DNA of 64,000 nucleotides from a virus: IMG/VR virus record IMGVR_UViG_3300024999_000053, positions 32,001 to 96,000 of that record; one strand, 5' to 3'. Shown piece by piece: positions 39,743 to 49,620 of this stretch (position 1 is its first letter; each line of letters starts with the position of its first letter). The notes under the pieces were generated by a model. It saw only the letters and a program-made list of their open reading frames with translations, ran no database searches and was not told where the DNA came from. The position numbers and the translations under genes were made by a program.

Positions 39743-41776
39743 ATGTTAATAACAAAAGAAGTTTGGGTTGGAGTGAGTTCTAGTAATATACAATATTACG
39801 AAAATTTAGGGTATGAAATTCCAAGATACTATAATGAACATCATAAAATAATGTTAGTTAAAAAGGGGACAAAAATCAAAGTAAATGTTAATGATTTACC
39901 AAATGGTTCCTATGTATTAGTAGATGTTCGATGCGATGGTTGTGAAGAAATATTAGAAAATATGCATTGGAAAGATTATAAAAGGAGTGTTCGTGAAGAT
40001 GGAAAATATTATTGTCATAAATGTAATATGCGATTATTTGGTGCTGAAAAAATAAGAAAAATAAAATTGAATAACGGCATATCTTTTGGACAATGGTGCT
40101 ATGATAATAAACCAAAAAATATAGCAGATATAATAATTAAGAGGTGGGATGAGAATTTAAATATAGATAAAGATGGTAATAAATTAAGTCCTTTTGATGT
40201 AGGTTTCAGATCCAATGGATTTAATAAGAAAGGTTATTGGTTCAAATGTTTGGATCACCTAGAGCATGAATCAGAACAAAAAAGTATTAATTCTTTTGTA
40301 GGTGGGAATGGAAGTATTACTTGTAATCAATGTCATATGATAGCAATAACACATTCATATTCAATAGATAATTTTGTAAATAAAGAAGATCCTTATAAAT
40401 ATCCCGCAGGTTCAAACAAAAAAGTTCCTATGAAATGCTCAGATTGTGGACTTGAAAAGTTAATAACTATTACAAACTATTTCTATCAAGGATTTGGATG
40501 TCCCCGTTGTAGTGATGGAATATCATTCTCTCAGAAATTTCTATTTAATCTATTTGAACAATTATTAGATAAAGATTTTCAAGTAGAGTTATCAATAAAA
40601 ACTTTTAAATGGTGTAATAAGTATAAGTATGATTTTTATCTAAATAAAATTGATGGAATTATTTGTGAGTGTCACGGAATTCAGCATTATGAGGAATCAA
40701 ATAATAATTGGGCAACATTAGAAGAAACGCAAGGCAACGATTTTGACAAAGAATGGCTTGCCAGAAGCAATAAAATTATTAATTACATAATATTAGATTG
40801 TCGAGAATCGACATTAAAATGGGTTAAAAATAGTATTATGAATAGCAAACTTCCAAGACTTTTAAATTTTAAAGAAGAAGATATTAATTGGAAAAAATGT
40901 TATGAAGCATCTTTTAAAAGTTTTGTAAAAATTGCTTGTGATTTATGGAATAAAGGGATGAATAGTGTCGCAAAAATAGCAAATGAATTAAAATTAGGAA
41001 AAAAGGCAGTTGGGAAATATCTTAAGCAAGGGGTTGAGTTAGGATGGTGTAATTATGATCCGAAAGAAGAAATGAGAAAACAATATATTTTAATGGGAGA
41101 GAAGAGTAGTAAGAAAGTTATATGTTTGAATACAGGAGAGATATTTAATAGTCAAACTGAGGCATCAATCAAATATAATATTAATTCATGTGGTATTTCT
41201 GCCTGTTGTGTGAAAAGATTAAATTCATCAGGTAAATATTTAGAAAAACCATTGTTTTGGATGTATCATGATGAATATTTAGCTCAAAATAAAACTTTAG
41301 ATTGGTTATATAATAATTATTTAGATACTTACAATAACGAGATCGATTGTAATATAAAGGTAATTTGTTTAACTACTGGAGAAATTTTTAATTCTCAGAC
41401 AGAAGCAAGTAAGGCGTATAATATCAACAAATCTAGTGGCATATCTAATTGTTGTAATTATAGATCGAAATCATCAGGAAAATTACCAGACGGGACGTTA
41501 CTTCAATGGATGTACTATGATGAATATATTTTAAAGAATGAAAAAGAAATTAAAGAAATAATAAATAATACACAACAAATAAACCCCGTTAAAAAAATTA
41601 TATGTTTAACTACAGGAGAAGTTTTTGAAAATCGATCAGAAGTTATAAGAAAATATTCTAATGCATCACATGTATCTAAATGTTGTAATGGAGAAGAGAA
41701 ATCAGCAGGTAAGTTAGAAGATGGGACAAAATTAAAATGGATGTATTATGATAAATATTTAGAAAGTAATAAATAA
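39743..41776 (+). CDS. Zinc-ribbon / Vsr-like homing endonuclease with three NUMOD1-like repeats
   Basis: CxxC ribbons, YKYDFY...ICECHGIQHY, 3x KVICL.TGE.F...S.GK. Confidence 0.78.
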   Translation: MLITKEVWVGVSSSNIQYYENLGYEIPRYYNEHHKIMLVKKGTKIKVNVNDLPNGSYVLVDVRCDGCEEILENMHWKDYKRSVREDGKYYCHKCNMRLFGAEKIRKIKLNNGISFGQWCYDNKPKNIADIIIKRWDENLNIDKDGNKLSPFDVGFRSNGFNKKGYWFKCLDHLEHESEQKSINSFVGGNGSITCNQCHMIAITHSYSIDNFVNKEDPYKYPAGSNKKVPMKCSDCGLEKLITITNYFYQGFGCPRCSDGISFSQKFLFNLFEQLLDKDFQVELSIKTFKWCNKYKYDFYLNKIDGIICECHGIQHYEESNNNWATLEETQGNDFDKEWLARSNKIINYIILDCRESTLKWVKNSIMNSKLPRLLNFKEEDINWKKCYEASFKSFVKIACDLWNKGMNSVAKIANELKLGKKAVGKYLKQGVELGWCNYDPKEEMRKQYILMGEKSSKKVICLNTGEIFNSQTEASIKYNINSCGISACCVKRLNSSGKYLEKPLFWMYHDEYLAQNKTLDWLYNNYLDTYNNEIDCNIKVICLTTGEIFNSQTEASKAYNINKSSGISNCCNYRSKSSGKLPDGTLLQWMYYDEYILKNEKEIKEIINNTQQINPVKKIICLTTGEVFENRSEVIRKYSNASHVSKCCNGEEKSAGKLEDGTKLKWMYYDKYLESNK

Positions 41777-41781
41777 TATCC

Positions 41782-41824
41782 AATAGAGAGTATCAGTTTT
41801 AATTACTGATACTCTCTATTTTTT
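41782..41824. terminator. Bidirectional terminator
   Basis: AATAGAGAGTATCAGT...ACTGATACTCTCTATT between convergent genes. Confidence 0.8.
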
Positions 41825-41836
41825 ACAATTTTTACT

Positions 41837-43471
41837 TTACTTTACTTCTTCTCTGCCAATTTCCTCTAAACTTTTACCTTCTAAAACATACTCAATAAAG
41901 ACTTTATTAATCCAAGTTGCACTACTAGAAGTATTGATTATCTTAAATCCCTCTCTCATTATCTTTCGGAAGATTGGGTTTTCTTTGTCTAAGAAGTTTC
42001 CACGCCAACCTTTGTAATCAACCTTAGAATCAAATTTATTAAGAATACTTAATATCTCTTCACGACTTTTACCTTGTAACCTAGTGCTTAATTTTAAATA
42101 ACCTCCCCAACTGAGGGCTTCCATAGCTAGGTTATGTGTTCTCAACTCAGCCCTTTCAGTTAAGTCTTTGCTTGCCATATATTTTGGAAAGGTAGAAATT
42201 AATGAGTCGATGAACAATGAAAGATAATTACTTAATTCTTCTACTTCTATTTTACTTTTAGGATTATAATTATCCTTTATATTCTTGGAGAATACTCCAA
42301 ATGTGATTATATTTTCTGAATTAGCTTTAATTGATGTAGAAACAACCTCTACCTTAATATCGGATTTTTTCATAATATCTCTACATAGTTTGTTCGTATA
42401 GTCTTCCACGTTTAAATATTCCCCTCTGCTTTTGCTAATTTTAAGAGATTTTGTCGCATATTCAGAGAAAAGGGATTTTGCATCGTCATCATTAAGCGTT
42501 TCAATCATGACACTTATATAATAATCAGCAGGATTAGGTACTGACTCTGGATTACGCTTATATAATTTAGCCCAACGTGAGAAGCTATTTAATCTGTGAT
42601 TTCCGTCCAAAATTTGTAATTTCTGATTTATAGAACCTGAAATTGTATGATCTTCTTCATTATAATTAATTTCATAACCATCGCTCGGATTTAGGTTTAA
42701 CGTAATGAACCCTCCATGCATTTTATCGTGCAACAGACTATCAAGGATGAGTTTAATTTGCTTCTCACTTTTCACAGCTATCAATTCATTTTTGCTGTTT
42801 TTACGCCATCCACGTTGTAAATCACCAACATATGTCGCAATTTGCCGATCTAGGAGATTTCCAAGAAATTCCGCATTGGCAATGGTTTGAAATTTACAAG
42901 ATTCTTTATTCCGACATATTTCAGTGGTATTCTCAAATACCCACTCATCAGCATTGTTCATCTGCTTTAGTCTTTCTTTTGCTTCGCGTTTTAATTTGCT
43001 TGCTTCTTTCTTTTTTCTCGCCTCTTCTCGTTTAATATCTAACTCATTTCTAGTTTCATTAAGCTCATCCTTCACCATCTTCTCTTTATCACTTCCTACT
43101 CCTTCCCCTTCATCTTTCATCTTAGTTAAATTACTCAAGCTAGGCATATTCCTCATATTTAATTCTCTCATTTGTTGCTTTAATTTTTCATCATCTACTT
43201 CTGTGTCCATTTCCTTAACCAACTCTGTTTCATGTTGCTGAACCATATCCTCATCATTCTCATCCATTGCTTCTTGATACCCAACTGCTGTTTGACTTGC
43301 TGCCTCATTTACCATTCCTAAAACCTCTTCCTTTACCTGATTAACCACATTCATATCCATTTGATTAAACTTATCCTTTTCCTTTTCTTTACTTTTTCTT
43401 GCCATATCCTGTATATCTCCTTCCACACTTGTATCTTCCATATTTCCACCTTTATCAAATTTAAAAATCAT
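41837..43471 (-). CDS. DGQHR/DndB-like (ParB/Srx superfamily) protein with acidic Met-rich N-terminus
   Basis: LQRG, ITLN, LQILDGNHRL, A..LF.EY....KISK. Confidence 0.65.
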   Translation of the reverse strand: MIFKFDKGGNMEDTSVEGDIQDMARKSKEKEKDKFNQMDMNVVNQVKEEVLGMVNEAASQTAVGYQEAMDENDEDMVQQHETELVKEMDTEVDDEKLKQQMRELNMRNMPSLSNLTKMKDEGEGVGSDKEKMVKDELNETRNELDIKREEARKKKEASKLKREAKERLKQMNNADEWVFENTTEICRNKESCKFQTIANAEFLGNLLDRQIATYVGDLQRGWRKNSKNELIAVKSEKQIKLILDSLLHDKMHGGFITLNLNPSDGYEINYNEEDHTISGSINQKLQILDGNHRLNSFSRWAKLYKRNPESVPNPADYYISVMIETLNDDDAKSLFSEYATKSLKISKSRGEYLNVEDYTNKLCRDIMKKSDIKVEVVSTSIKANSENIITFGVFSKNIKDNYNPKSKIEVEELSNYLSLFIDSLISTFPKYMASKDLTERAELRTHNLAMEALSWGGYLKLSTRLQGKSREEILSILNKFDSKVDYKGWRGNFLDKENPIFRKIMREGFKIINTSSSATWINKVFIEYVLEGKSLEEIGREEVK

Positions 43472-43611
43472 AGTAAAAACTCCTCTTCTTATAATATATA
43501 ATCATTTTATTAATTTCGCAACTTTTTAGCACTAGTTTTTATAAAATTATTAAAAAATCCTCAAAAAAAAGAAAAGAGCAAGCCAAAACTCACTCCATAA
43601 AATACACTCTA

Positions 43612-44292
43612 TCACAGTGCAAACACTAATACTTTTGCAAATAACATCAAACCACCTAATAATATTGAACCACCAATTATTTGTGTTTTTGCGGTTTTGC
43701 TTTCTTCTGTATCTGGCATATTATCAGGTTGAACTATAGGTGGAAATACAGGATCTTTTATCTCTTGTGTTTGTCCTGCATCTGTAGTTAAATGCGTTTT
43801 TACTTTAGATATTAATTTTTCTAGATTATCATTATCTTTAAAATGCTTTCCAATTTCTACTTCGATCTCATCAGTAACCCCTTCTGCTGTAACAGTTCTT
43901 CGATATTTAAAAATATCCTTATCATATTTTCCATTATCTGATCTGCCTTTTATTTTATTTTGTACATATCTTCCAATTCTATCTAACCCACCTAAACTTG
44001 CTAATTGCATATTTGATGGAACTGCTACAATCATATCCCCTTTGCTTAGTTTTTTATTCCATTCTTGCAGAGTCCCGTATCCTAAACTTGGATTTGATTC
44101 CAACCAAAATATACCATTATTTTGTGGCATCGGATAAAGGTAATATAAGTTAGAATGTGTTTTAGTCACATAATCTGTTGGTGTTGCTTTTGCTACAAAT
44201 GGATTTATTAATGTGATTCCAATCAATATCATCATGATAGATAATGCTAAATTTCTACGAATAGATGATTTTTTCAATATAATTAATCTCAT
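43612..44292 (-). CDS. Exported, membrane-anchored hypothetical protein
   Basis: Signal peptide ending AKA, and a C-terminal TM helix after a Pro-rich linker. Confidence 0.65.
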   Translation of the reverse strand: MRLIILKKSSIRRNLALSIMMILIGITLINPFVAKATPTDYVTKTHSNLYYLYPMPQNNGIFWLESNPSLGYGTLQEWNKKLSKGDMIVAVPSNMQLASLGGLDRIGRYVQNKIKGRSDNGKYDKDIFKYRRTVTAEGVTDEIEVEIGKHFKDNDNLEKLISKVKTHLTTDAGQTQEIKDPVFPPIVQPDNMPDTEESKTAKTQIIGGSILLGGLMLFAKVLVFAL

Positions 44293-44293
44293 A

Positions 44294-44512
44294 TTAATTA
44301 ATCTCCTTCATTCCCCAATTTTTATCAGTAATTGATAATTCAATAATTAATTGTCTTTTGCATTTATTACAAACTACATCAATACTGAATGACTTGCCTA
44401 TTAATTTGTTTGAATTTCCTGCATAAATCATTTCATCATTTACAATTTCTGATCCAATTAATACAATATCTTTCCCACATAAACACTCTAAAATTTGATT
44501 CAATTTTACCAA
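44294..44512 (-). CDS. Small zinc-ribbon protein
   Basis: C.CG...VCNKC. Confidence 0.6.
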   Translation of the reverse strand: MVKLNQILECLCGKDIVLIGSEIVNDEMIYAGNSNKLIGKSFSIDVVCNKCKRQLIIELSITDKNWGMKEIN

Positions 44513-44517
44513 CTCCT

Positions 44518-45171
44518 TTATTTTAAATAACTCATTGGATCAACAGTTTTACCATTAATTCTGATTTCAAAATGTAAATGATTGCCAGTTGAATTATTTC
44601 CAGTTGATCCGATTTCCGCAATCTTTTCGCCACTAAAAACCATTTTGTCTTCCATAACAACAACTTTTGAACAATGAGCATACAAAGTCTCATAACCATT
44701 ACCATGATCAATAATAACGTGTAATCCATATGGGCCTTCAGAATTAATAATCTTCTCAATTTTACCTGTTCGACTAGCTTTAATCGCGTCTCCTAAATTT
44801 CCTGCAATGTCTAAACCATGATTATGTTCATTATAACCTTGTGTAATTTTACCCTTAATAGGCCAATCAAATTTTGCTCCTAAATATCTCTCCCATATAT
44901 TTTTATAACCAACATCCATAGTTTCACTATTACTTTCAATTCCTAATGCATTACTAACTTTTTCCTTTCCTCCACTATAAGTCATAGCAATAGAATGAAT
45001 ATCATCACTAAACTGTTTTAGAGGGGCAAGAGTACATGATAAAACCATTAATCCTAGACTCACAACTGCCAACCATTTGATTGCTAATGCCATCTCCCTA
45101 CCAGACGTATGCCTAACGTAGATATACACTACTAAATATAAAGCACTCAATCTTACAAAGTTCTCAATCAT
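44518..45171 (-). CDS. M23/LytM peptidase with N-terminal two-TM (SpoIIIAC-like) domain
   Basis: FDWPIKG.ITQGY, HGLD, TLYAH, STGNHLHFEIR...VDP. Confidence 0.85.
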   Translation of the reverse strand: MIENFVRLSALYLVVYIYVRHTSGREMALAIKWLAVVSLGLMVLSCTLAPLKQFSDDIHSIAMTYSGGKEKVSNALGIESNSETMDVGYKNIWERYLGAKFDWPIKGKITQGYNEHNHGLDIAGNLGDAIKASRTGKIEKIINSEGPYGLHVIIDHGNGYETLYAHCSKVVVMEDKMVFSGEKIAEIGSTGNNSTGNHLHFEIRINGKTVDPMSYLK

Positions 45172-45374
45172 TTAAATACTTCTTTTACTTTATTAAGGAA
45201 ATCTAGAGAAGCATTTAGCACTAAGAGAGTGACAAGTATTAAACCTAATGTATCAGCATAATATGTCCATTCACCTTTCCCAAATATTTTTAACCCCATT
45301 TTAACGACTTGTAAACCCACAGCAATGCCAAGAATAGCTAAAATTGGGGTAGCTGCTTGAATCCCTGGGAACAT
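45168..45374 (-). CDS. SpoIIIAC-like small two-TM protein
   Basis: ILAILGIAVG....KMGLKIFGKGEW....TLGLI.....FLNKVKEVF parallels SpoIIIAC. AGGAGG RBS. Confidence 0.6.
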   Translation of the reverse strand: MFPGIQAATPILAILGIAVGLQVVKMGLKIFGKGEWTYYADTLGLILVTLLVLNASLDFLNKVKEVFK

Positions 45375-46090
45375 TTTAATTCCTCCTTTTTTGCCAAATG
45401 AAGTTTTAAGCAAAAGTTTCTAATCTCATCAAGATTAAGAAGTTCTATTGAATATGGAAATGCTTTATCCTTATCGATTATCTTCTGGATTTTGTTTTTT
45501 GCTGTATCACCTCCATCAGTTACAATTAAAACTACAAATGTTTGATTTTTGGACAAGTCTATCCACCAATAAGTAGAAATGCCTTGATATTTATCTTTAA
45601 TTAATTTTTCTGCTAATTGATTATACTGTTTGATTTTCTTAAATTCATTACCCGATTCATATCTAGTAAATTCATTGAAATATATCTTTTTATCATTAAA
45701 TGTATCAAATGTCACAAATTGGTCTGGTTTTATAATTGGTAAGAATTGAGTTGGTTCATTTTCAAAAGTAAGATTTGTATAATTACTTGCTTTAGAATTA
45801 AGGATAATAAAAGTATAAACCCATGATTTACCTAATGTGTGTTCAATATTCTTAGGTTTTTTCTCGTCAAATAACCAAAAATAATCTTTTTCTAAAAATG
45901 AAATTCTATCACCTCTCTTAATCCTATGCTTTTTCTCTAATCTCCTACAACAACGATGTGCCATTTCAATTGAAAGACCTTGAAATTCAAGTAAATGGAT
46001 TTGTGTTGTGTTCAAGCAGATACAACGTTCTAGATGTGCCAATACTCTTAAATCTCGGTAATAACCCTTTGTATGATTTGTTTGATTCAT
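45338..46090 (-). CDS. Replication-relaxation (Replic_Relax) family protein
   Basis: wHTH N-terminus RDLRVL..L.R...L.T.QI..L.F; IEHTL; IKPD..V...YFNE (PD-(D/E)xK-like). Confidence 0.7.
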   Translation of the reverse strand: MNQTNHTKGYYRDLRVLAHLERCICLNTTQIHLLEFQGLSIEMAHRCCRRLEKKHRIKRGDRISFLEKDYFWLFDEKKPKNIEHTLGKSWVYTFIILNSKASNYTNLTFENEPTQFLPIIKPDQFVTFDTFNDKKIYFNEFTRYESGNEFKKIKQYNQLAEKLIKDKYQGISTYWWIDLSKNQTFVVLIVTDGGDTAKNKIQKIIDKDKAFPYSIELLNLDEIRNFCLKLHLAKKEELKCSQGFKQLPQF

Positions 46091-47360
46091 AATCGTAGAC
46101 CTCCCCTTGAATATCTGTATATGGCATAGGATATTGAATTAATTTAGAGAGTAATTCTTCATATCTATCTTGGTCTGATACTACGCTAGGAAAGTACATA
46201 GATTGAACTTCTATTTCTTCATCCCAATCAAATATTGCTCTCCCTTTTGCTTTTTTAGGGATAAATGCTGCTTTTGAATTTCCTAAAACCATATTAGAAT
46301 TTATTGGGTCTTTTACACGGTATACAAGATTAGCGTCAAACATGGCTTTGAGTTCACTAAAGTTACCTATTTTGCCTAAACTATTTGCACTCGGCCTTTG
46401 AATCGCACCAATGCTAAATATACCTTGTGAACGACCTTGATGAAGTAAGCGATTAAATGATTCATAAGCAGGAGAAGTAAACTCAGCCATCTCATCACAA
46501 ATGACTACAATTGCTGGCATTTTGTTACCTAACTTTAAGAATTCAGGGAAATTTCTAGCTCCAGTTTTACTAACAATTGGCGATCTTCTGTCATTCTCAT
46601 CATTAACTTGTTTTAATAATTTCTCAATATGTTGAGGTTCTTTTGCCCACATAGCACCATACTTTTCAAAATATTTAAATTCTCCTAGTTTTGGATCACA
46701 TATTACTGGGATTACAGAAGGTTCTTTATCCATGCCTTTTATACTGTTTATTAGTAGCATTGTATAAATGGCTGTATGACTGAAATTTGACTTACCACTT
46801 CCCATCATTCCACAAACGAGCAATGTTAAAATCTCTGCTAAATCCTTTACAATAAATCCATTAATCGAATACCCAAAAGGAATAGGAATCATCATACCTT
46901 TTTTTAGATATGAAGTCGGGTCAAAATTATAAGGATACATTTTTGTTCTATTCACATTAGATATCGTCATATGAACCGCCATTCCATGTTGCTCAATTTG
47001 ACAATTGCCTGTTTCTCCTAAAGAATCTGCAAATGTTTGTTCTAATTTTTTAAAATTTTCGAAATTTAATCCAGCAGGAAGATTAATTACAAAAAACCAA
47101 GTTTCATTATTATGTTCATCTAAACTTTTAATCCTTTGGATTACTTCTTTAATACTTTTTGGTCTTCTTAATTTAGTTTGTTCTATTAAATTTTCATCTT
47201 TTGGGTTTACAAGATGTCTCTTGATAATTATCGGTCGATAATCTTCTCCATAATGAAACACAATTACATCGTAGACTTTTGCAGGAATCCCACCACCACG
47301 TTCTCTTCCTTTTTTCCATTGTTTAATTGCAATATCATAAGCATCCAATTTTTTTGACAT
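45987..47360 (-). CDS. FtsK/SpoIIIE-family DNA translocase ATPase
   Basis: IPFG, GMMGSGKS, DPKLGEF, VVICDEMAE, GRSQGI...QRPSA, GRAI. Confidence 0.9.
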   Translation of the reverse strand: MSKKLDAYDIAIKQWKKGRERGGGIPAKVYDVIVFHYGEDYRPIIIKRHLVNPKDENLIEQTKLRRPKSIKEVIQRIKSLDEHNNETWFFVINLPAGLNFENFKKLEQTFADSLGETGNCQIEQHGMAVHMTISNVNRTKMYPYNFDPTSYLKKGMMIPIPFGYSINGFIVKDLAEILTLLVCGMMGSGKSNFSHTAIYTMLLINSIKGMDKEPSVIPVICDPKLGEFKYFEKYGAMWAKEPQHIEKLLKQVNDENDRRSPIVSKTGARNFPEFLKLGNKMPAIVVICDEMAEFTSPAYESFNRLLHQGRSQGIFSIGAIQRPSANSLGKIGNFSELKAMFDANLVYRVKDPINSNMVLGNSKAAFIPKKAKGRAIFDWDEEIEVQSMYFPSVVSDQDRYEELLSKLIQYPMPYTDIQGEVYDYESNKSYKGLLPRFKSIGTSRTLYLLEHNTNPFT

Positions 47361-47433
47361 AAATTCACCTTCTTTATAATGATTATGAATAATTAACAAA
47401 AGTGTGTATATACGTTTGCTAAAACCTTATTCA

Positions 47434-47457
47434 AACCGTTTGCCTATACAAACGGTT
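47434..47457. repeat. 9-bp inverted repeat upstream of the FtsK-relaxase operon (oriT candidate)
   Basis: AACCGTTTG-CCTATA-CAAACGGTT. Confidence 0.55.
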
Positions 47458-47678
47458 AACAAGCTAAAAACCGCATGTAGCAAGGATTCTAAAATCAAAG
47501 AAGAGAAGGAGGAACAATATGACGACTGATATAATTGAATGTATGTGAGGGGATAGCAGATAATGTTTGGTAAATATTGCGAGCTTGTGATAAAAAGGAT
47601 AAAGTAAAATAAGGTAATCTATAAATATCCCAAAATAAGGATACAATAGATTACCTTAATATAATAAAAAATGTTTGA

Positions 47679-47765
47679 TTATTTGATTAGATTTAATAAA
47701 CTCGCAGAACATGCAATCACTAAGGATGATCCAGAAACAATACATATAACTCCTATCAATGCCAT
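47679..47765 (-). CDS. 28-aa hydrophobic peptide
   Basis: AAAGGAG RBS. MALIGVICIVSGSSLVIACSASLLNLIK. Downstream 13-bp stem at 47610-47658. Confidence 0.5.
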   Translation of the reverse strand: MALIGVICIVSGSSLVIACSASLLNLIK

Positions 47766-47834
47766 AACTATTCAACTCCTTTGGAAATTATCATAAGTTT
47801 AATATCTCCAAAGAAAAGATAAATATACATTTTA

Positions 47835-48175
47835 AGTATTGGTATACAAAAAGTTTACCAGTATACAAAGGTATACTTATTAAAAGTAGTATACCAAAAG
47901 AAAAAGCCCTGATTTTTCAGGGCTAAAAATTAATCGTCAAACATCTAATTCATTCTATATAATAACTTTCCTCATCCTCTAGTATTACTTTGTCCTGATT
48001 TTTAAAAAAATAATCACATAACATTCTTCTAAAAAGTAGACATACTAATACAAATATACTTATCTTAATAAATAGACATACTTGTCCACATTAACAAACA
48101 TACAATTGTAGACAAGTATATATACTTACAACTGTAGATATATTTACACACAATCGTATACTTGCAATAGTACAC
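47835..48175. repeat. Short-repeat arrays upstream of parM (parC centromere candidate)
   Basis: 4x GTATAC at 47842-47894; TAGACATACT x2, TGTAGA x2 and TATACTT x3 at 48035-48165. Confidence 0.45.
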
Positions 48176-48227
48176 AATGAATGATAAACTACATTATATT
48201 GAAATATCATTTAAGGAGGCATTTATA

Positions 48228-49196
48228 ATGAACGAAGAGGTTATTTTAGGTCTTGATGCAGGAAATTCTTACTACAAAACCAGCGCAGGAATAGTTTTAA
48301 GAGCAAGAATTAAGTTCAATACTGAGGGTGATGGTCTACTCAAAAGTAATACTTACCTAGTTAAAAAAGATGGTTTGAGCCATCTTGTAGGAGACCCAGA
48401 AGGTAAAACATACACCAATCCAGATAAATACACCACAACTCATTTTGATTTGTGTACATTAACTGCTATTGCTTTAAGTTTTCCAAACTGTAAGGACATC
48501 AAAGTAAAATTAGTTGTTGGTACTCCTGCAGGGTACTATAAACAACACGCAACACTATATTTGGAAAAGTTACGAACTATGGGAGCACAAACAATTAATA
48601 TTGGTGATGGCAGAGGCAATATTAATATTGAAATCACTGATTCTATTTGTTACATTCAATCTGGAATAACTGATTCTCAAAAAGAAAAATTCGATTATCC
48701 CCTATTAGTTTTAGATTTTGGTGGTGGAACTTTAGACGCTTCATTGTGGCGCAAAGGTGATGATATTAACCCTGAAAATACTGAAGTAATTTTGGATTCA
48801 AAAGTTAGTTATACTCAATTTGGTTTTGATCAAATATTAGAACAAATGACAACGACCTTTAATTCTAAAAATGGAACTAAATTTAAACCTCATGAATTAT
48901 TGCAGTATCTCAAACGATCAGAAATTACTTTGCGAAAACAAAGTTATGACTTGCAAAAAACAAAAGATGAAATTCTTGTAGATTATATCGATAATGTAAT
49001 TTCTTCTTTGGAGCAAACATTTGATTTACAACAAGCATTAGAAACATGTGTCATGGGTGGCCCTGCTGAAATATTGTTACCTTATCTTAATATTAAACTT
49101 GATAATACAGCAAAATTATCTAGTGAACATCCTCAATTAACTAATGCTTTAGCATATCTTGATGGAGGAAAACAATATTGGGATTTGGATGAGTAA
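48228..49196 (+). CDS. parM: ParM/StbA actin-like partition ATPase
   Basis: GLDAGNSYYK, LVVGTP, VLDFGGGTLD, MGG.A, NALAY. AAGGAGG RBS. Confidence 0.88.
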   Translation: MNEEVILGLDAGNSYYKTSAGIVLRARIKFNTEGDGLLKSNTYLVKKDGLSHLVGDPEGKTYTNPDKYTTTHFDLCTLTAIALSFPNCKDIKVKLVVGTPAGYYKQHATLYLEKLRTMGAQTINIGDGRGNINIEITDSICYIQSGITDSQKEKFDYPLLVLDFGGGTLDASLWRKGDDINPENTEVILDSKVSYTQFGFDQILEQMTTTFNSKNGTKFKPHELLQYLKRSEITLRKQSYDLQKTKDEILVDYIDNVISSLEQTFDLQQALETCVMGGPAEILLPYLNIKLDNTAKLSSEHPQLTNALAYLDGGKQYWDLDE

Positions 49197-49198
49197 CT

Positions 49199-49558
49199 AT
49201 GGGTAGCCTAAGAAAATATGTTGGCACAAATCTTAGTTCAAAAAATGATACAATTTTAATTGATTATGTAAATCAAATGGAAGAACAAGGAATTTCTAAT
49301 TCACAGTTGGTTAAAACTTGTTTAAAATTTTATATGGATTATTATCCAAAAAAACTTAAACTGGATGAATTTAATGAGAAAATTACTGATAATATTGTGT
49401 CAGGCAATATTAAGGTTTCTGTAAACAGTGTAAATCCAAGAAAGACTAGAAAGAAAAATGAAGTTGTTGTGGAGCCTGAGCAGTTTGAAGTGGTTATTCC
49501 TGATAAAAAGAAGGACAGTATTTTTATTAAAACTATGAATAATCTTATGTCCGAGTGA
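49199..49558 (+). CDS. ParR-like centromere-binding adaptor
   Basis: Directly follows parM, with an RHH-like N-terminus (SNSQLVKTCLKFYM) and a disordered tail. Confidence 0.6.
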   Translation: MGSLRKYVGTNLSSKNDTILIDYVNQMEEQGISNSQLVKTCLKFYMDYYPKKLKLDEFNEKITDNIVSGNIKVSVNSVNPRKTRKKNEVVVEPEQFEVVIPDKKKDSIFIKTMNNLMSE

Positions 49559-49579
49559 TTAATTTGATTTAATTTATAA

Positions 49580-49620
49580 AAACACTATCCAAAATTAACT
49601 GGATAGTGTTTATTTTTTTC
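49580..49620 (+). terminator. Intrinsic terminator
   Basis: AAACACTATCCA...TGGATAGTGTTT followed by a T run. Confidence 0.75.

Noticed and set aside
41837-43471. Phosphorothioate (dnd) or deazaguanine (dpd) modification system
   Set aside because: Only the DGQHR-like gene is present
47800-47830. SigF-type promoter for the peptide/FtsK operon (GTATA-14-GGAGATATTA)
   Set aside because: Spacing is off-consensus and the motif is too short in AT-rich DNA
47835-48175. CRISPR array
   Set aside because: Repeats are only 6-10 bp and irregular, with no spacer periodicity or cas genes
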